Part shown: positions 59,126-64,000 of the stretch, one piece after another | How the letters are laid out: the number at the start of each line of letters is the position of its first letter | Position numbering within the stretch: the first letter of the stretch is position 1 | Assembly: GCF_009914755.1 (NCBI RefSeq) | Contig: NC_060936.1 | Reading direction: 5' to 3' (one strand) | DNA length: 64,000 nt | Origin: the human T2T-CHM13v2.0 reference genome, Homo sapiens | Program-made: the position numbers and the translations under genes | Notes under the pieces: generated by a model | What the model was told of the DNA's origin: nothing | The model's input: the letters and a program-made list of their open reading frames with translations, nothing else | The model's database searches: none

Positions 59126-60297
59126 TAAGCCCTAGCTAAGTTTTCATTTACAAGCAAATATTTTCAGGGGAAAAAATCACATAAGACAATATTTTCAAAT
59201 GTTATACCATCTACATAAAAATTAAACTTGCAGAATTTACAAATTAATATTCTGAGCAGACAGAAATATTATACATCCTTTTGCAAAATCCAGTCAACAA
59301 CTTTTAAAAATTCATACAGGCACAACACAAGATAGTCTCTCTATACAATCTACCTATTTACATAGCTTTTCCCACCACAGATGATAATAGCTCTCATCAT
59401 AGCTACCAAGGTTCGCAAACATAGTATATTTAAAATATATTTAGCAGCATATAAAAAATTAGATAAAAGGGAAGGAAATACTACTATTAAATAAAAACAA
59501 AATTAAATGGTCATAATAGAAACAACTCCATAGGAAAATAGATCAAAATATATTTCTGTTAGGACATCAACAATGTTTCCCATCACAGAATATATGCACA
59601 GCACTGGAAAAAAAAAAAAAAATTAACAGCATTTTAGTCCTGAGCACAGAATATAGTAGAGCTGCAAAACTTTGGTCAATACAAGTAAATGCCAACATTT
59701 AACACAAACTGTCTACCCTTCTCTGTTAGTAGATTAAGATCAATTCCACCTTATGAAAATTCATCAATAATATTCTCATATCTTATTTTTGTCCATTACA
59801 TTAAAAGAGCTTTGAAATTTGGGAATCCACTACAGACTGATATAAATACCTGACAAGCAAACCACAATTTGACTAACATTTTCAATATTTAGTTTAAATA
59901 CATAAATCACTTGAATAAACTACATGAATGAGTTAATGGTGGGCTGCATCGTATTCCAGGTGTGTTTTCTGACTGTCACAAAAGCAGACGTCTTGGTAAT
60001 TCAAATAATTTGAAAGTGTGTTTTATAGATAGGCACAAAAATTCAGCCACAATAAAAGTGTGAATAAAGCAATATATCAATTGTAGGATATATATCTATT
60101 GGTTGATCTTAAAACTAAGCACACAGGATAGTACACAATTTTATTAGAATACCATTTATAGTCAGCAGTTGAATTCAGATATATTTTCCAGTTAATCCGA
60201 TTCATACGTTTTGCCTAGTAAGTACAGGACAACATTTTCCATAAAGAATACAGAGTATTATCACAGCATTCAGTTTACAACCTATCTTCATTCATGT
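59100..60297 (-). other. KIF21A: KIF21A 3' UTR (~1.2 kb)
   Basis: Repeat-free AU-rich sequence follows the stop codon and ends at an AATAAA (59120-59125, minus) with a U/GU-rich downstream element. The cleavage site is approximate. Confidence 0.85.
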
Positions 60298-60453
<156 letters not shown>

Positions 60454-60549
60454 TTATAATTACTTATCATGGAAATATTTTCTACATAGGTCTTCAAGAA
60501 ATCCAAGTATAAATATGCATTGTCTCATTTATATAGCAAACACATACCT

Positions 60550-60780
60550 TAATAATAACAGCTTATATTATCAAGGGCTTACTGTGAGCCAGGCATTGTT
60601 ACCATGTGCCCTTTACATATGTTAACACACATTTAATTCCCTTTAACTACCATCAGCAATAGCTACTGCTATAATCCTCTTTTTATTGAAGAGCTAATTG
60701 AGGCCCAAATCACATGTAAGTGACACAGCTGAGATGTGAATCCAGGCAGTCTGGCTCCGAGCCCTATCTCTTTAACACTG
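60550..60780. mobile_element. MIR SINE (intronic)
   Basis: aataataacagcttat...gggcttactgtgagccaggcattg...gagatgtgaatccaggcagtctggctcc. Confidence 0.75.
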
Positions 60781-61532
60781 GGTCTGCAGTCATTATTCTA
60801 AAAGACAGTATGTGATTTGACACAGTGTCAGAAGGCTTCAGTCAAAACAGCCTGCAGGTCACAGTGAGGCTTCTAGGCAGGGAGAAAGCTGGGGCAGGGT
60901 TTCTAGGGAGTTAGCGAATCTGGCAAAGTCATGAAGAATTATCTCTGGGTAAACTCAGCAAATAAGCCCACAGAAAAATAAAGAGGCTATTGAGAAGTGA
61001 ACTAATACTCCACTTAGCACAGAATGTAGAAGATTAAAAGCGATTCTGATGCCCTGTAAATATACACAGTTATTGTTCATTGAAATTGAAATTTTTTATA
61101 AAAAGGGAAGAAATAGTATTTCTGAGAAAACATGTTTCTGTTGCCCTCGCAGGTGAATACTGGGGACCAGTCATTAGATAATCACATTTCTTAACATATC
61201 TCTCATGGTTAAAGAAATGTTTCTTTTTCCAATTTCCTGATTAACCCAAAGTAAAAAAAATAAATAAAGAAGAGTTTCCATGGAATTTAATAGTTAAAAT
61301 GCACTTCAGAGATTATGTATTCCATCCCAAGGGAAAAAAGGTTTAGTGGAGTGCCAATGTAACACAGCAAAGGCTTTCTAGAACCCAGGCTTTCTAGATT
61401 GTAATCAGTTATCTTCTCACCATCCCACACAGCACACATACATTGATAACAGCAATGGAATATTTTCATTTATCCACCCATTCAAGCATTGCATTTATTC
61501 ATTCAACCATTTACTCAACAAATGTTTACTGA

Positions 61533-61871
<339 letters not shown>

Positions 61872-61947
61872 CTGGGATATGGTTTTTTTGTTTGTTTGTT
61901 AAAAAAAAAAAAAAAAAAAAAAGCATTCTAAGTGCTTGGGATACGCT

Positions 61948-62243
<296 letters not shown>

Positions 62244-62289
62244 AGGATATGCTGTTTTAAAAAAAACAAAAATAAAATTTAAAAGCTCA

Positions 62290-63865
62290 AATCTTTTGCC
62301 TTTGTAGATCATATACTTTAGCAAAAGGAGACAGACAATAAACCATAATAAATGATTAAACTATAGAGTATATTAGAAGGTGACTAGTGCCACAGGGGTG
62401 GAAAAAAAAGGAGAGCACAACCAAGGGGACCTGGAGTGCTAGGTGATAGAAGAGATTACAATTTTAAATAAAATGGCCAGGATACTCTTACTGAGGAAGA
62501 AAGACTTGCAGGGTCAGGACATTTGAGAGAAAAACATTCCAGGCCAAAAGAGCAGCTAGGGCAAATGCCCTCAGGCAGGAGTGGCTTTGGAATGTTCAAG
62601 GACCAGCAAAGAGGTTATTGGGGTTGCAAGAAAAGGACAAGCCAGAGGGTATCAGATGATAAGGCAAGGGCGATAATAGATGTTCAGAGGGCAAGATCAA
62701 GTATGGACTCAACTCTACATGAAATGGAGGACCACTGTAGGGTTTTGAATAGAGAAGGAATATCATCTAACATACTTTTAAAGGATTATTGTAGATTTTG
62801 TGTTGAGTGTAGACTACATATGAGCAAAGGACTTTGTTTAGAAGTCTATTATAGTAATTCAAGAGTTGACAGTGATTAAGTCTGGTGAAGAAGTAGAGGA
62901 TGTGGTAAGAAGTGGTTAGATTCTAGATATAATTTAAAGGTAGAACTAACAGGACTTGATGATGGATTAGATATGGAGTACAAAAGAAGGGGAGGAATGA
63001 AAGGTTCTGTCCCAAGCACAGAAATGTCAAGGAAGCTATCAACTGTGATGGAGAAGGTTGTAGAATGAGCAGGTTTCTTGAAAAGATCAGGAGCAGCCAT
63101 CCCATTACTGGGTATATACCCAAAGGACTATAAATCATGCTGCTATAAAGACACATGCACACGTATGTTTATTGCGGCACTATTCACAATACCAAAGACT
63201 TGGAACCAACCCAAATGTCCAACAATGATAGACTGGATTAAGAAAATGTCGCACATATACACCATGGAATACTATGCAGCCATAAAAAATGATGACTTCA
63301 TGTCCTTTGTAGGGACATGGATGAAATTGGAAATCATCATTCTCAGTAAACTATTGCAAGAACAAAAAACCAAACACCGCATATTCTCACTCATAGGTGG
63401 GAAGTGAACAATGAGAACACATGGACACAGGAAGGGGAACATCACACTCTGGGGACTGTTGTGGGGTGGGGGGGTGGGGAGGGATAGCATTGGGAGATAT
63501 ACCTAATGCTAGATGACGAGTTAGTGAGTGCAGCGCACCAGCATGGCACATGTATACATATGTAACTAACCTGCACATTGTGCACATGTACCCTAAAACT
63601 TAAATTAAAAAAAAAAAGTTTAATAGAGCTAAACTAAAACAAATGAAACCAAAATCAAAATAAACAAGAAAACCCCACCCTTAGACACACATATACCATT
63701 TTATTCTAGTTTGTCATTATTGCCTGGGAGCAGGCAATAATAATAATTATTATTATTATTATTGATCAAAATAATAAAGTATTGTATTTTGGTATTATCA
63801 AAAAAAAAAAAGAAAAGAAAAGATCAGGAGCTCAATTTTGGATATGTTAAGTTTGAGATGATTAA
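62290..63865. mobile_element. L2 element split by the L1PA2 insertion
   Basis: L2 motifs (gaatgttcaaggaccagcaaagagg; agtggttagattctagatataattt; aagatcaggagctcaattttggatatgttaagtttgagatg) are continuous across the TSD. Confidence 0.8.
63095..63816 (+). mobile_element. 5'-truncated L1PA2 with 3'-transduced unique sequence
   Basis: L1 3' end 63095-63606 carries L1PA2 diagnostics (gcattgggag...ctagatgacgagttagtg...gcgcaccagc). It is followed by A11, unique DNA 63618-63799, AATAAA at 63773 and a second A tail. 15-bp TSD gaaaagatcaggagc at 63080-63094 and 63817-63831. Confidence 0.93.
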
Positions 63866-64000
63866 ATTTCCACTACTAGCCATGACAGAGTAACTCACAC
63901 CAGGTTAACCCCCCTATTGTAAACAAAGAGAAAACTTGACAAAATTTATGGAGCAGCTGTTTTCAGACACTAGGCAAAAGGCAGTGCGAGGCTGTGATCC

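Noticed and set aside
60030-60037. Possible miR-124 site in the KIF21A 3' UTR
   Set aside because: The mRNA reads GUGCCUA, not the GUGCCUU/UGCCUUA seed match.

Overview
This is primate, almost certainly human, genomic DNA. The only protein-coding feature I can support is the terminal exon of KIF21A on the minus strand (CDS 60298-60391, encoding ...[30 protein letters not shown]), recognised from memory of the protein C-terminus. Its ~1.2 kb 3' UTR ends near 59100, and 60392-64000 is the last intron. The other ~59 kb is intergenic DNA downstream of the gene, dominated by interspersed repeats: about 12 Alus, a near full-length L1PA4-like element with an internal ORF2 deletion, old L1M/HAL1 and L2/MIR pieces, a deleted HERV-L provirus, MaLR/ERVL solo LTRs, hAT and Tigger DNA transposons, and a full-length HSMAR1 mariner. 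I found no new gene system, CRISPR array or RNA gene. The most notable observations concern retrotransposon mechanics: (1) an intronic L1PA2 carrying a ~180-nt 3' transduction inside perfect TSDs; (2) two Alus of different subfamilies at the same position of a duplicated target; (3) an in-frame EN/PIP-box deletion and an open ACG-initiated ORF0 frame in the L1PA4; (4) a ~135-bp dispersed duplication; (5) an unexplained ~300-bp GC-rich insert; (6) a strong CTCF motif. Repeat subfamily names come from visual recognition of consensus sequences and should be confirmed with RepeatMasker/Dfam. Boundaries of old repeats are approximate.
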